Source: Ignavibacteriota bacterium
Lineage (GTDB): Bacteria; Bacteroidota; Ignavibacteria; Palsa-1295
Reading direction: 5' to 3'
Assembly: GCA_963787835.1 (NCBI GenBank)
Contig: CAWBEI010000002.1
Coordinates: 768,001-832,000, forward strand
Length of the DNA: 64,000 bases
The notes beneath the pieces were generated by a model. That model had not been told where the DNA came from, made no database searches, and saw nothing but the letters and a program-made list of their open reading frames with translations. The translations under genes were made by a program, and so were the position numbers. Positions 49,799 to 58,890 of the stretch are shown in pieces; within the stretch, counting starts at the first letter, position 1; every line of letters begins with the position of its first letter.

Positions 49799-51073
49799 TT
49801 ACTTCTTAATTGCAGTCACCCGCTGCACCGTGGATGATCGGTCATTCACTTGCCCATTCATCCGCACAATGCACTCATACATCCCATCGGGTAAGCCAGT
49901 TGCATTCCAGGTGAAGGTATGCTCGCCTGCACTCAGTTCGCCGGAGAAGATGCGCGCAACCTCGGTTCCCAATAGGTTCACCACACTTACTTCCGCCACG
50001 CCGCTTTCGGGAGTTGTGAAGGTGATGGTTGTGGACTCGGTGAAGGGGTTAGGATAGGTCGAGAGAAAATTTCCCACGGAGGAGATCGAAACTCCGGCAT
50101 TAATTCCAAAATAGGAAGACGGACTCCGCCAGATGCCGCTATGCGTTGTACCGGCTAAGACCTCGGTGCCATCGACAAGAATGGAACCGATCGCCGTATC
50201 TCTTAATTCGAGACTGGGAGACAACCAACTCGTACCGCTGTCTATCGAATAAAAAAGGCCGCCCAACGTTCCAGCGAACAAAGTATTGCCACTGGAAGTC
50301 ATACACAATATTTCATTATTGGTCAATCCTTTGCTTGCGGGTGTCCAGTTTGTGCCATTATTCGTGGAGCGGAAGATGCCATCATTATTGGTACCCACGA
50401 ACAGATATGTCCCATTCACGACGACCGAGAGTATCGAACTACCAGGCAAGCCGTTATTGGCAGAAGTCCAGTTTGCGCCATGATCACTAGAGAGATAAAC
50501 ACCATCGCTAAAGGTCCCGGCGATCAGCGTAGTATCGGAAAGTGCAAGTGCACGAATCTGAGAATTAGCCGGCAGCCCATTGCTGGCACCACTCCAGGAT
50601 GTGCCGCTATCCGTGGAAATAAAAATTCCATCACCCCAGGTTCCCGCGAAGATCATCGGAGTTGCTTCATCCCAATCATCGACCAATAAAGAATAAACTG
50701 AAGTATACGCTAATCCGATGTTCGAAGCACTCCAGCTTGTACCATTGTTCATGGAGCGGAAGACACCTCCCCGCGATGTTGCAGCAAACAATATCTGCGA
50801 CTTCTCACTTTGGCCAAGTACTGCAAGGGAAATCACATCGGTATCCGTCAAGCCGACATTGGTTTTCTCCCATGTAGCGCCACTATTCTCTGAATGAAAA
50901 AAGCCACTATCCCGAATTCCTGCAAAAACAAGAGGTGACGATCCGTTCGCTCCTGTCTCGGTAAGTGTGCTTACATCACCAGTCAATATTGAGGATTGCA
51001 CCCACTGCGCTCGCACGCTCGGCGCAACAGCTATCGTAATAATAGTAGCAATAAGAAGTAATATGTGTTTCAT
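49799..51073 (-). CDS. BNR/Asp-box beta-propeller protein with T9SS sorting domain
   Basis: Start MKHILL at 51073; repeated GxFxSxxxGxxW motifs; C-terminal YPNPF...VVNLLG...LPDGMY. Confidence 0.85.
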   Translation of the reverse strand: MKHILLLIATIITIAVAPSVRAQWVQSSILTGDVSTLTETGANGSSPLVFAGIRDSGFFHSENSGATWEKTNVGLTDTDVISLAVLGQSEKSQILFAATSRGGVFRSMNNGTSWSASNIGLAYTSVYSLLVDDWDEATPMIFAGTWGDGIFISTDSGTSWSGASNGLPANSQIRALALSDTTLIAGTFSDGVYLSSDHGANWTSANNGLPGSSILSVVVNGTYLFVGTNNDGIFRSTNNGTNWTPASKGLTNNEILCMTSSGNTLFAGTLGGLFYSIDSGTSWLSPSLELRDTAIGSILVDGTEVLAGTTHSGIWRSPSSYFGINAGVSISSVGNFLSTYPNPFTESTTITFTTPESGVAEVSVVNLLGTEVARIFSGELSAGEHTFTWNATGLPDGMYECIVRMNGQVNDRSSTVQRVTAIKK

Positions 51074-51270
51074 AGTGAATTGACGTAATGAGGTAACATC
51101 CCCTATAGTTAAAACGCGCTGGGTCGCTCGGGTTACAAATAAATCTTTGATTTGGCCAAGATTTTTTGACTGACCATCGATATTAGCCCAAAAACACACC
51201 ACAAAGGCGAATGGCGGTGGTGTCTCTTTGGATGTTTTACCACTCGCCATTCGCCCCACAATGAGCGCGC

Positions 51271-51663
51271 CTAATTATGCCGGTGGCCCAGATACTGCCC
51301 CGTTGCATTTTCCAGCGCATCGGAGTCGAGCCAGTGTTCGAAGAGTTCGAGGCTAGGGAGTATATTCTTCGTCGCGCATTCCTCTCCGAACCGCTCATAC
51401 GCGCTCTTTACCGGCACGACCGGCGTATGCGGGTACGCATGGTCATTCGCGGCGATCGCTTCATCCCATTCGGTGAACCGGCCGTCGAACGGCGGGATCG
51501 CTGATTCAGAATGGGGAGGAGCTTCATGCTCCGGTAATCCGGTCGGTAGGCCGCCTGGCAGGCCGGAAAGCAGCGAAGAGAACGTTAGCAATCCCTTGGG
51601 TTGTGATGCCGGTGGAAGCGATGGCTGGTCGCTCCGGAAGGAATGGAGAAAATGGTGTTTCAT
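51271..51663 (-). CDS. Hypothetical protein
   Basis: 130-aa ATG ORF filling the gap, Pro-rich N-terminus, no recognised motif. Confidence 0.5.
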   Translation of the reverse strand: MKHHFLHSFRSDQPSLPPASQPKGLLTFSSLLSGLPGGLPTGLPEHEAPPHSESAIPPFDGRFTEWDEAIAANDHAYPHTPVVPVKSAYERFGEECATKNILPSLELFEHWLDSDALENATGQYLGHRHN

Positions 51664-51899
51664 ATTGGTGAGCTATAATAAACCGCAAACTATGCTGTGA
51701 CCGGAAGCCAATTACATGCCAATGTGCCCTTTTCTTCAAGGATGCCGCAGGCGGCATTAAAACGAAGATAGCACCTACAATCCGCTGCCAGCTCACCGCC
51801 GCACTCTGGAAATTTCAAGAACGAGTTAGGAATTTTTACCGAATGGGATGGAAATGGCGTTTCAGGGGACCACCCCCAAAATCCAATGAATTAATCCCT

Positions 51900-53144
51900 T
51901 TAATGGACAACCGCAATGCGCCTCACGGTTCGGTCATTCCCAGCTTCGATCACTGCGAAATAAACACCAGCCGGAAGCAACGAGAGATCGACATCCAGCG
52001 CTCCGGAACCACGCTGAGAAAGCACTTCCACGCCAAGGAGATTCGAGATGCGAATCTCGATCGGCAACCCTTCGTCATTCGCGAAGAGATGATCGCCGGA
52101 TTGAAGAATGGTTAGGTTTGAGGGCGGTGGATTTTCGGCAACACTGGCTTGAATTTGGGAGTAATCGAATTCCAAGCTGTCGCAGGAGCAAGTATCGATA
52201 GGAGTCAATTGAGGGAATGATAAGGGCGATTCAGAACTAAGAATAACTGTTGACAACTCGTAGCTATGACCGAATGAAAAGGATCCGCCGTTCTTTACAT
52301 AATATACGTTCCATTTCGAGTTGCTCGATATCGCAGCACCGCCCGCCTCGACAAAGATAGTTCGTCCAAAGAAGTCATCATCTGCTGTAAATGAGCCTCC
52401 AGCTTTGACCCAGACTGCAGACGAGGTATCAAAGGTCGCTAATGCATCCACATTACCTGTGACAATCTGGGCCCACTCAGGAATAACTGGATTGCAAGGC
52501 AGGATTTTGAAATGGAAAGGCACCGAGGATGAACATCCATTCGTATTGGTGAACGTAAAAATTCCATTCTTGATACCGGGAGTGGCATAGATGACGGATG
52601 TCATAGGCGAAATGGATTGAATTGGATTGGCGTCTTGATCGAGCTGCCAAGCAAAGGAACCGGAGTCAGCATATAGCGCCTCAGAAAATAAAATAGGTCT
52701 ATTCGGTACACCAAGCGGTTCCCAATCACCCTCAAGCGGCCAGCCATTATTTATTGGATTATGTGAAAATTGAACATAAACATTCGTGGTAAGTCGTGGG
52801 ATGACCTGAATATCAGTTCCATTATCTTCTGAGACCGTGTAGGGGTCAGTAGACTCAATACGGACTCGATAATGATTACCCACTGTTTGCATTGAAATTA
52901 AAAGAGAATCTATAGTGCTTTTGCTCGAGTCAAAAAAAGTAAAGTTTGTAAACGACCCATTCGCATCTGAGAGTTGAGCGATGAAGAGGTTATCCGTAGC
53001 GAATGTTCCGCTCGCTTGATAGGGGACGGTCAGCGTATCTCCTGCGCAATACGAAAGTTGAGTAATCTGTCCAAGAGAAATTGTTTGAGCTTCAATAGGG
53101 GATGTTACTGTCAGGACAAAAAGCAATACAAGAATTCTTTTCAT
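51900..53144 (-). CDS. Secreted PKD-like protein with T9SS sorting domain (paralog 1)
   Basis: Signal peptide IEA-Q; YCAGD..F.AQLSDANGSF; C-terminal ISNLLG..LPAGVYF; GGAGG RBS upstream. Confidence 0.8.
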   Translation of the reverse strand: MKRILVLLFVLTVTSPIEAQTISLGQITQLSYCAGDTLTVPYQASGTFATDNLFIAQLSDANGSFTNFTFFDSSKSTIDSLLISMQTVGNHYRVRIESTDPYTVSEDNGTDIQVIPRLTTNVYVQFSHNPINNGWPLEGDWEPLGVPNRPILFSEALYADSGSFAWQLDQDANPIQSISPMTSVIYATPGIKNGIFTFTNTNGCSSSVPFHFKILPCNPVIPEWAQIVTGNVDALATFDTSSAVWVKAGGSFTADDDFFGRTIFVEAGGAAISSNSKWNVYYVKNGGSFSFGHSYELSTVILSSESPLSFPQLTPIDTCSCDSLEFDYSQIQASVAENPPPSNLTILQSGDHLFANDEGLPIEIRISNLLGVEVLSQRGSGALDVDLSLLPAGVYFAVIEAGNDRTVRRIAVVH

Positions 53145-53184
53145 GCTGATAATAACCTCCGAAAATTGATTCTGTTATGCCTCT

Positions 53185-54435
53185 TCAATGTATCACCGCA
53201 ATGCGCCTCACGGTACGGTCATTCCCTGCCTCGACCACTGCGAAATATACACCAGCCGGGAGCAACGAGAGATCGACATCCAGCGCTTCGGAACCTTGCT
53301 GAGAAAGCACTTCCACGCCAAGGAGATTCGAGATGCGAATCTCGATCGGCAACCCTTCGTCATTCGCGAAGAGATGGTCGCCGGATTGAAGAATGGTTAG
53401 GTTTGATGGCGGTGGATTTTCGGCAACACCCGCCTGCACTTTAGAATAATCAAAATTGAAATTTGAGCAGGTAAACAAGGCGATCGATCCAGAGTTGCTA
53501 TACGGAACATTAGCTTTATTCGAGTCATCCGTAACAACAGTAGCGTAAGCCTCTCCACCAAAGCTAAAAGAACTACCGGCTTTTAGATAAACGGTTGCGA
53601 ACGAAAACGATTCGCCGTTCTGATTATCGATTATTGAAGAGCCCGGTTCTGCAAAAACGAATTGTTCGCCGGGAAAATCGGAGCCGGTCAGCGAATAGGT
53701 TCCGCCTGCTTGAACCCAAACAACCGAATCGTCCCCCGACTCTACATCATTAACAATGCGCGCATTAGCCGGAATGACAGGATTGCAGGAAAGAATGCGG
53801 TATCCGAAAGGAACAGCAGAACTTGCACAGCCTGCAGGAGCAGTAACTTCCAAGGTACCATCTTTCGCTCCGGGCGTTGCGTAGGTAACGGTAACCGATG
53901 CCGCCGAAGAGGTGCTGGGATTCGCATCTTCATTGAAGGTCCAGGCGTATGTTGAGCCTGCTGGCTCCACAGCAAAATCTTTAACGACGATGGGGTCGCC
54001 CTCAAACCCTGCTGCAAAATAGCAATGACACTCGCTGGGAGTATAATACCCGGACAATTTCGAGTCGGCCGGATTCGGCGCAGGCACGGATGAAACCTCA
54101 ATATCGGCTCCGTTGTCTGCTGAGAGGAGATACGGGTTTGTGGATTCAATTCTCACCCGGAAATGGCTACCTGTGCCCGTAAGAGCAAACTTAAAGTTTC
54201 CAGGTGTGGTATCCGCAGTTGCAAGATTCGTGAAGGTTCCAAACGAGCCGTTCGCCTCTGAGAGTTGCACGATAAACTTATTGCCTGCATTAAAACTCCC
54301 GCTTGTCGAATACGAGACCGTCATTGTATCGCCCACGCAATAGACGAGCCGCGTAACTTGCGCAAGCGTTATCGTTTGTGCTTCGATAGAAGTGGACAGT
54401 GTCAAGACGAAAAATAAGACAGCGATTTTTCTCAT
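53185..54435 (-). CDS. Secreted PKD-like protein with T9SS sorting domain (paralog 2)
   Basis: Same architecture as 51900..53144; last ~80 aa nearly identical. Confidence 0.8.
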   Translation of the reverse strand: MRKIAVLFFVLTLSTSIEAQTITLAQVTRLVYCVGDTMTVSYSTSGSFNAGNKFIVQLSEANGSFGTFTNLATADTTPGNFKFALTGTGSHFRVRIESTNPYLLSADNGADIEVSSVPAPNPADSKLSGYYTPSECHCYFAAGFEGDPIVVKDFAVEPAGSTYAWTFNEDANPSTSSAASVTVTYATPGAKDGTLEVTAPAGCASSAVPFGYRILSCNPVIPANARIVNDVESGDDSVVWVQAGGTYSLTGSDFPGEQFVFAEPGSSIIDNQNGESFSFATVYLKAGSSFSFGGEAYATVVTDDSNKANVPYSNSGSIALFTCSNFNFDYSKVQAGVAENPPPSNLTILQSGDHLFANDEGLPIEIRISNLLGVEVLSQQGSEALDVDLSLLPAGVYFAVVEAGNDRTVRRIAVIH

Positions 54436-54692
54436 AGCTATAATAACCTCCGAAAAGTGATATTGTTACACCCATTAACTGACTTCTTTTAGAACAAGAA
54501 CGCTCGGGACTGACAAGCATTTTTTATCAGAAATATAGTGCTCCCAGAAACAGGTGCCTAATGTAGCACTTCACTAACAAATTTTATCTCCTTTGTTTCC
54601 ATGTCATTACGGACAAATTTCTGCTTGTTTTTTATACTTTTTGAACTCTGCGTGTTAAATACCGCGTTGTATAGGGTGAGAAGACTATATAA

Positions 54693-54896
54693 ATGACACA
54701 AAAAATGAAACGATCGCGAGCGGCACGCATCGCATTCGAGGCAAAAGCCAAACGGAAGCAGGACCTCCGCTCGATGGTGGACTCCTTCATGATCGCCATG
54801 ACCACCGGGCCCTCCTTCGATCTCCGAAGGACGCAACCCGGACTCTACGACCGCCGACGCTCTTCTGCCGGTTCGAAAGAAGCGTGCGAAGAATAG
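54693..54896 (+). CDS. Small hypothetical protein
   Basis: 67-aa ATG ORF after an AT-rich leader; no motif. Confidence 0.3.
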   Translation: MTQKMKRSRAARIAFEAKAKRKQDLRSMVDSFMIAMTTGPSFDLRRTQPGLYDRRRSSAGSKEACEE

Positions 54897-54937
54897 ATCC
54901 CACATGTTTTTCATTCAACTATTAATCTATCAACACT

Positions 54938-55306
54938 ATGTCAAACCGACCGACCTACTCCGCTCCGCGAATGACTCGTACCATCCCAGACAATACTCCT
55001 CGCTCCTACACGCTCGACGAGCTATTCGACATTCCTTCCCGGGGCGATTGCGAGTGCCTCGTGGACGAGAACCGCTTCGTTGACGATCCCGATTTCGCCG
55101 ATGGCTTTGGACTTCCCATCAACTCGCTCACGGAAGACGATCTCCGCTTCCTGCGCGACTTCATCTTAAGTTCCGCAATGTATGTCGAGCAGTTGGAAGC
55201 CTTCCTTTGCGACAGTTCCGATGATTTCTGGGAAGCGCGCGAGCAGGCGTACCGTATTATTACTGCGGTGCTTATTCGGCATTATGAGTATGAGTTGGAG
55301 GGATAG
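54938..55306 (+). CDS. Hypothetical acidic protein
   Basis: 122-aa ATG ORF after an AT-rich leader; ends at a hairpin repeat. Confidence 0.55.
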   Translation: MSNRPTYSAPRMTRTIPDNTPRSYTLDELFDIPSRGDCECLVDENRFVDDPDFADGFGLPINSLTEDDLRFLRDFILSSAMYVEQLEAFLCDSSDDFWEAREQAYRIITAVLIRHYEYELEG

Positions 55307-55435
55307 TCTGAACCTGGATGACGTGGATGGGAAATGATTACGCGGATAGTTTCGAGAACTATCCGCGAGATATTCCTACTCATCCGCGTCATCCCGGTTC
55401 AGACACCCCAAGCGATACGCCGCCCCATGCGCAAG
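55306..55435. repeat. Hairpin element plus left copy of a 55-bp direct repeat
   Basis: gtctgaacctggatgacgtggatg pairs with catccgcgtcatcccggttcagac (55381-55404); 55381-55435 matches 57033-57087 at 51 of 55 positions by manual alignment. Confidence 0.85.
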
Positions 55436-55496
55436 TACGGCTGAGAAGATTTATTTAGCCTTCGTCTTGGAACACGACTTGCAATTGAGCCGATCT

Positions 55497-56768
55497 TCAT
55501 TTAGGCACATATTTCGCAAACAAAATTGATGCTGCGAACATAATAAGTGCTCCCACGGCATACAACATACCAGGATTGTAAAAATAGATCGCAGCCGCTC
55601 CAAGCGGGATGAGCATGTTATTAACAGACTGCAAACTTTGGTTCACACCTTGTAATTTCCCCTGTTGGCTTTCATCGATCGATCGCGATAATGTTCCATT
55701 GTATGTAGGGTCAAATAATCCCTCGCCAACAATGATGAATATTATAGCAAGAGCAATGACCACCACCGAATGTATATAGATACTTGCCACAATTAATCCT
55801 AAACCAGTTCCAAGTCCTATTAAGCCGGCTATACCAACATTTCTTTCATGGAAATATTTCAATAACCAGGGCAATACCACAGCACGTGAAATGATCTCGC
55901 AAATGCCAACCAGCGTCAACATACCGCCAATAATGACCGGCCCCCATTGGTAAATATCTTTCAGGAAGAGAATAAAATTGAACTGAAAAATACCTAAGCC
56001 TGCATAAAAAAGTACACCCACGATGAGCAGAACCGCAAGTCCTTTCAAACTGAAGATATCTTTAAAGTGTGAAAAAGTATTGAAACCGCGAAGCGTTAAT
56101 TGTTTCGTTCTCTTTTCGGGAACTAACGATTCCGGCAGCAGAACGTAGACTGCCACAACGGAAAGGAGTATTAATCCGGCAGTAACGAAGAAAGGCAGAC
56201 CAAGCGCAATACTTCCAAGCGCACCACCCAATGCTGGGCCTCCTATTTTTCCTATGCCCATAACGGAAGTAATATAGCCAAACCATTTTGTTCGTTCCTC
56301 TGGCTCGGTACTGTCGGAGATGTAGGCAAAGAGTGTACTAATATTCCCGGCGGTAAGCCCGTCGATAATGCGACCGAGAAAAAGGATCCAGAGCGCACCC
56401 CCTATTCCAAACAAAACATAGCCGATCACGGAACCAAGCAGGCTGATGATAAGAATGATCTTCCGTCCGTACCGGTCGCTTAATGCTCCAAAAACGGGAG
56501 CTGATAAAAACGTGCAGGCGGCAAATACCGACATTAGCGCGCTCATGCCAACAACAACCTGCTTAGCGGGAAGATATTTGCCCACTATAAAAGGCAGAAG
56601 AGGCAACACAATAGAAAGCCCAATGGAATTTAGGGATACAATTCCTACAATGATCCATAAAATAGATTTTTTTGACTTCACGTTCAAATTCAATGATTGT
56701 TTAATAACGTAAAAAACACTTGGCAATTGAGATAACAAGGGTCTTGAAGCCGTTTTTTGGCTTGTCAA
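55497..56768 (-). CDS. MFS drug/H+ antiporter (DHA1, TetA-like)
   Basis: GALSDRYGRK (motif A), GRIIDGLTAG and GPALGG (motif C); about 12 TM segments. True start probably somewhat downstream of 56768. Confidence 0.88.
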   Translation of the reverse strand: MTSQKTASRPLLSQLPSVFYVIKQSLNLNVKSKKSILWIIVGIVSLNSIGLSIVLPLLPFIVGKYLPAKQVVVGMSALMSVFAACTFLSAPVFGALSDRYGRKIILIISLLGSVIGYVLFGIGGALWILFLGRIIDGLTAGNISTLFAYISDSTEPEERTKWFGYITSVMGIGKIGGPALGGALGSIALGLPFFVTAGLILLSVVAVYVLLPESLVPEKRTKQLTLRGFNTFSHFKDIFSLKGLAVLLIVGVLFYAGLGIFQFNFILFLKDIYQWGPVIIGGMLTLVGICEIISRAVVLPWLLKYFHERNVGIAGLIGLGTGLGLIVASIYIHSVVVIALAIIFIIVGEGLFDPTYNGTLSRSIDESQQGKLQGVNQSLQSVNNMLIPLGAAAIYFYNPGMLYAVGALIMFAASILFAKYVPK

Positions 56769-57032
56769 GATCTTTTAGCAACCCACAGCGGTAACTCGCT
56801 TTAATGGTAAGAGCCGAGAGCACATATCCCGGAGGGAGTTTCTTAAATGGTGAGTAGGAGCGCTATAAAAGGGAACTAGCTCCTGCCGCATTCTTTATGA
56901 CCATCTCCAGAAACCTCAAATGCAGCAATCCAGTTCCCCTCACAAATGTATCCTCGTAATCCGCAACCATCCGCCCCCTCCCCGCGTAGGTCGGCGCCTC
57001 CGGCCCGACTCCCCATCCGCGTAATCCGCAAC

Positions 57033-57087
57033 CATCCGCGTCATCCCGGTTCAGACGCCCCAAGCGATGCCCCGCGCCATGCGCAAG
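57033..57087. repeat. Right copy of the 55-bp direct repeat
   Basis: catccgcgtcatcccggttcagacgccccaagcgatgccccgcgccatgcgcaag. Confidence 0.85.
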
Positions 57088-57175
57088 GTGGCGACGGCAT
57101 GCCTGGGTAGTTGAAACGTTGTGAACCAATCGACGTGTGCGTGCCCTATGTGGTAAAGCAATAAAATGACACCCC

Positions 57176-57880
57176 ATGACACAAAAACCAAAAACGGCAG
57201 CGCTTTCTAAGCAGGATGAACGAATTGCGACGGATATGGCACGAGGTATGCTGAATAGCATAGCTCAGCAACTTTTATTGGCAGGAATCATTGAGCCGCT
57301 GAACAAAAGCGATAACGAGATAAGGAAGGAAGTTAACCAATATGTCAGGGAACATATTTTGCCAATAGAGTTCCCGCTATACATGACTATTGATCATACT
57401 GGCGACCTGCTGCGTAATGCAAGGCGCTTTAGATCAGAACGAAAAAGACAGCTGGCTTGCCTTCTGTTTGCAACTTGGTTTGAACACATGCTCAACCTTA
57501 TTATTGGGCAGCTCGGCAAAAAAAGTGGGCTTAACGACGCCGGTGTCAACGAAATGTTGCGGTCTGCACAGCTCCGCGATAAGTGTACATGGCTGTTATC
57601 AATCCTTGGTGGTTCAGCACTTTTGGATACACATCGAAAGCGAATAATTGAATTATCCGAATTCCGAAATCGATTCATACATTACAAATGGAAGCTGGAA
57701 GACGTTGATCGTCCTGAGTCAGAGAAAGAGGATAAGCAACTTACTAAGCTTTTGGAGGAAATTGAAATGACCGTTACGTACATGAGGCGAATTGAGAAGA
57801 AGTACATCTACTTAGGTCGCAAGAAAAGACTCTTTCGAAATCATCCCGGTAAGAAAGCAGCGAGCAAGGAGACTCCCTGA
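57176..57880 (+). CDS. Hypothetical protein with HEPN-like Rx4H motif
   Basis: Helical protein; upstream Glu (TWFEHML) and RNRFIH motif as in HEPN RNases. Confidence 0.55.
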   Translation: MTQKPKTAALSKQDERIATDMARGMLNSIAQQLLLAGIIEPLNKSDNEIRKEVNQYVREHILPIEFPLYMTIDHTGDLLRNARRFRSERKRQLACLLFATWFEHMLNLIIGQLGKKSGLNDAGVNEMLRSAQLRDKCTWLLSILGGSALLDTHRKRIIELSEFRNRFIHYKWKLEDVDRPESEKEDKQLTKLLEEIEMTVTYMRRIEKKYIYLGRKKRLFRNHPGKKAASKETP

Positions 57881-57955
57881 GCTCGGAAACGGCGTCAATT
57901 AAAATGCGGTAATGCAATTCCACGCACAAACGGCTGTCGCATCGGGTAGGGAGTT

Positions 57956-58855
57956 TTATTCATTCACTTGGAGCTCTGCTGCACGAAGTTCCCTTTTCAA
58001 TTCGTTTTCCCAATCGCTTTCGAGTGAAATGTAGAGAACTCCATCATAATCTGATGGCTTTTCAATACCCGGCGATACAAGAGCAACAGTTTTGTCTCGC
58101 CCAATTCGGCCCATGAAGTAGCCGAGCTCTACTAATGCGTTCTGTCTGGCGCGAGGTTTTAGATCACTAACGGTTTTAACGTCCTCTTTCGCCGCGCCTA
58201 AATCATCGTCAGTAAGTAAAACCACAGCAAATCTAACATTCGAATGATGTTCAATTTGTTCGATAATAGTTCTACCTGCTTTGGGTTGCTGGTTAATAAC
58301 TATTGGGTCAATTCCCGAACGATGAAGAAAATTTTCTAATTTCAACCGGGCCATTTCGTTATGTCCGAAGACAACAAAGACTTTATCTTTATCTCCTCGC
58401 ACATCCGAAAGGCGATCTCGAAGTGGATTAGGGGATGAAAAATTTGTTTCTAGCGTGGAAGAGTGCGAGGGCATAACTTGAACAGGCTCTTTGAGCAATT
58501 CAACTCTATCGCGAATACTTTGAAGTCTGCCCATTTTACGTCGGATGTCGTCTTTATGTTCATTTATGTCATAATGTAACCCTCCACTACCACCAAAAAC
58601 AATGTGAAGTGGCGAAGAATATTCGTTTTGAAATGTCCTACCAGTAAAAAGAGTATCTAAAAGAGTTCGGTTATAGTCATCCCATTGGTAGTAACGCTGC
58701 CGGGCATCCTCCAGTCCCGGCGCATTTTGAATTTGCTCTCCTCTCAGTTCTTCGCCTTTTGCAATGCGCGCATCAATTTTCTCTTCAGCGTCTTTTCGAG
58801 ACACCTGAAGTGAACTGGGCTCGGGCCTTGATATTTGTTTCTGGGTTTTTGCCAT
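57956..58855 (-). CDS. TIR-domain nucleotide-binding protein (Cap12/Pycsar-type TIR) with N-terminal helical domain
   Basis: KVFVVFGHN, GRTIIEQIE, FAVVLLTDDD, RARQNALVELGYF (catalytic Glu) and PSDYDG. Confidence 0.85.
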   Translation of the reverse strand: MAKTQKQISRPEPSSLQVSRKDAEEKIDARIAKGEELRGEQIQNAPGLEDARQRYYQWDDYNRTLLDTLFTGRTFQNEYSSPLHIVFGGSGGLHYDINEHKDDIRRKMGRLQSIRDRVELLKEPVQVMPSHSSTLETNFSSPNPLRDRLSDVRGDKDKVFVVFGHNEMARLKLENFLHRSGIDPIVINQQPKAGRTIIEQIEHHSNVRFAVVLLTDDDLGAAKEDVKTVSDLKPRARQNALVELGYFMGRIGRDKTVALVSPGIEKPSDYDGVLYISLESDWENELKRELRAAELQVNE

Positions 58856-58890
58856 TTAATTAAAATCATATTCCCCGCTTAATAATTCTC

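Noticed and set aside
51900-53430. Near-identical C-terminal repeats as a diversity-generating retroelement TR/VR pair
   Set aside because: Mismatches are not adenine-specific, are mostly synonymous, both copies are coding, and no reverse transcriptase is present.
55306-55404. Hairpin after a stop codon with AAC...GTT ends as an integron attC site
   Set aside because: The ends (TCTGAAC/GTTCAGA) deviate from RYYYAAC/GTTRRRY, the second copy has only one arm, the flanking genes differ in orientation and no integrase is seen.
55497-56768. Calling the MFS gene a bona fide tetracycline resistance gene
   Set aside because: The motifs support the DHA1 family only; substrate cannot be inferred and no TetR is adjacent.
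56863-57261. 132-aa minus-strand ORF
   Set aside because: It runs through the repeat element and overlaps the start of the HEPN-like gene; no motif. A short remnant near 56870-56970 cannot be excluded.
57176-58855. Complete CBASS, Pycsar or Thoeris system
   Set aside because: No nucleotide cyclase, ThsA-like or sensor gene is adjacent; only effector-like domains are visible.
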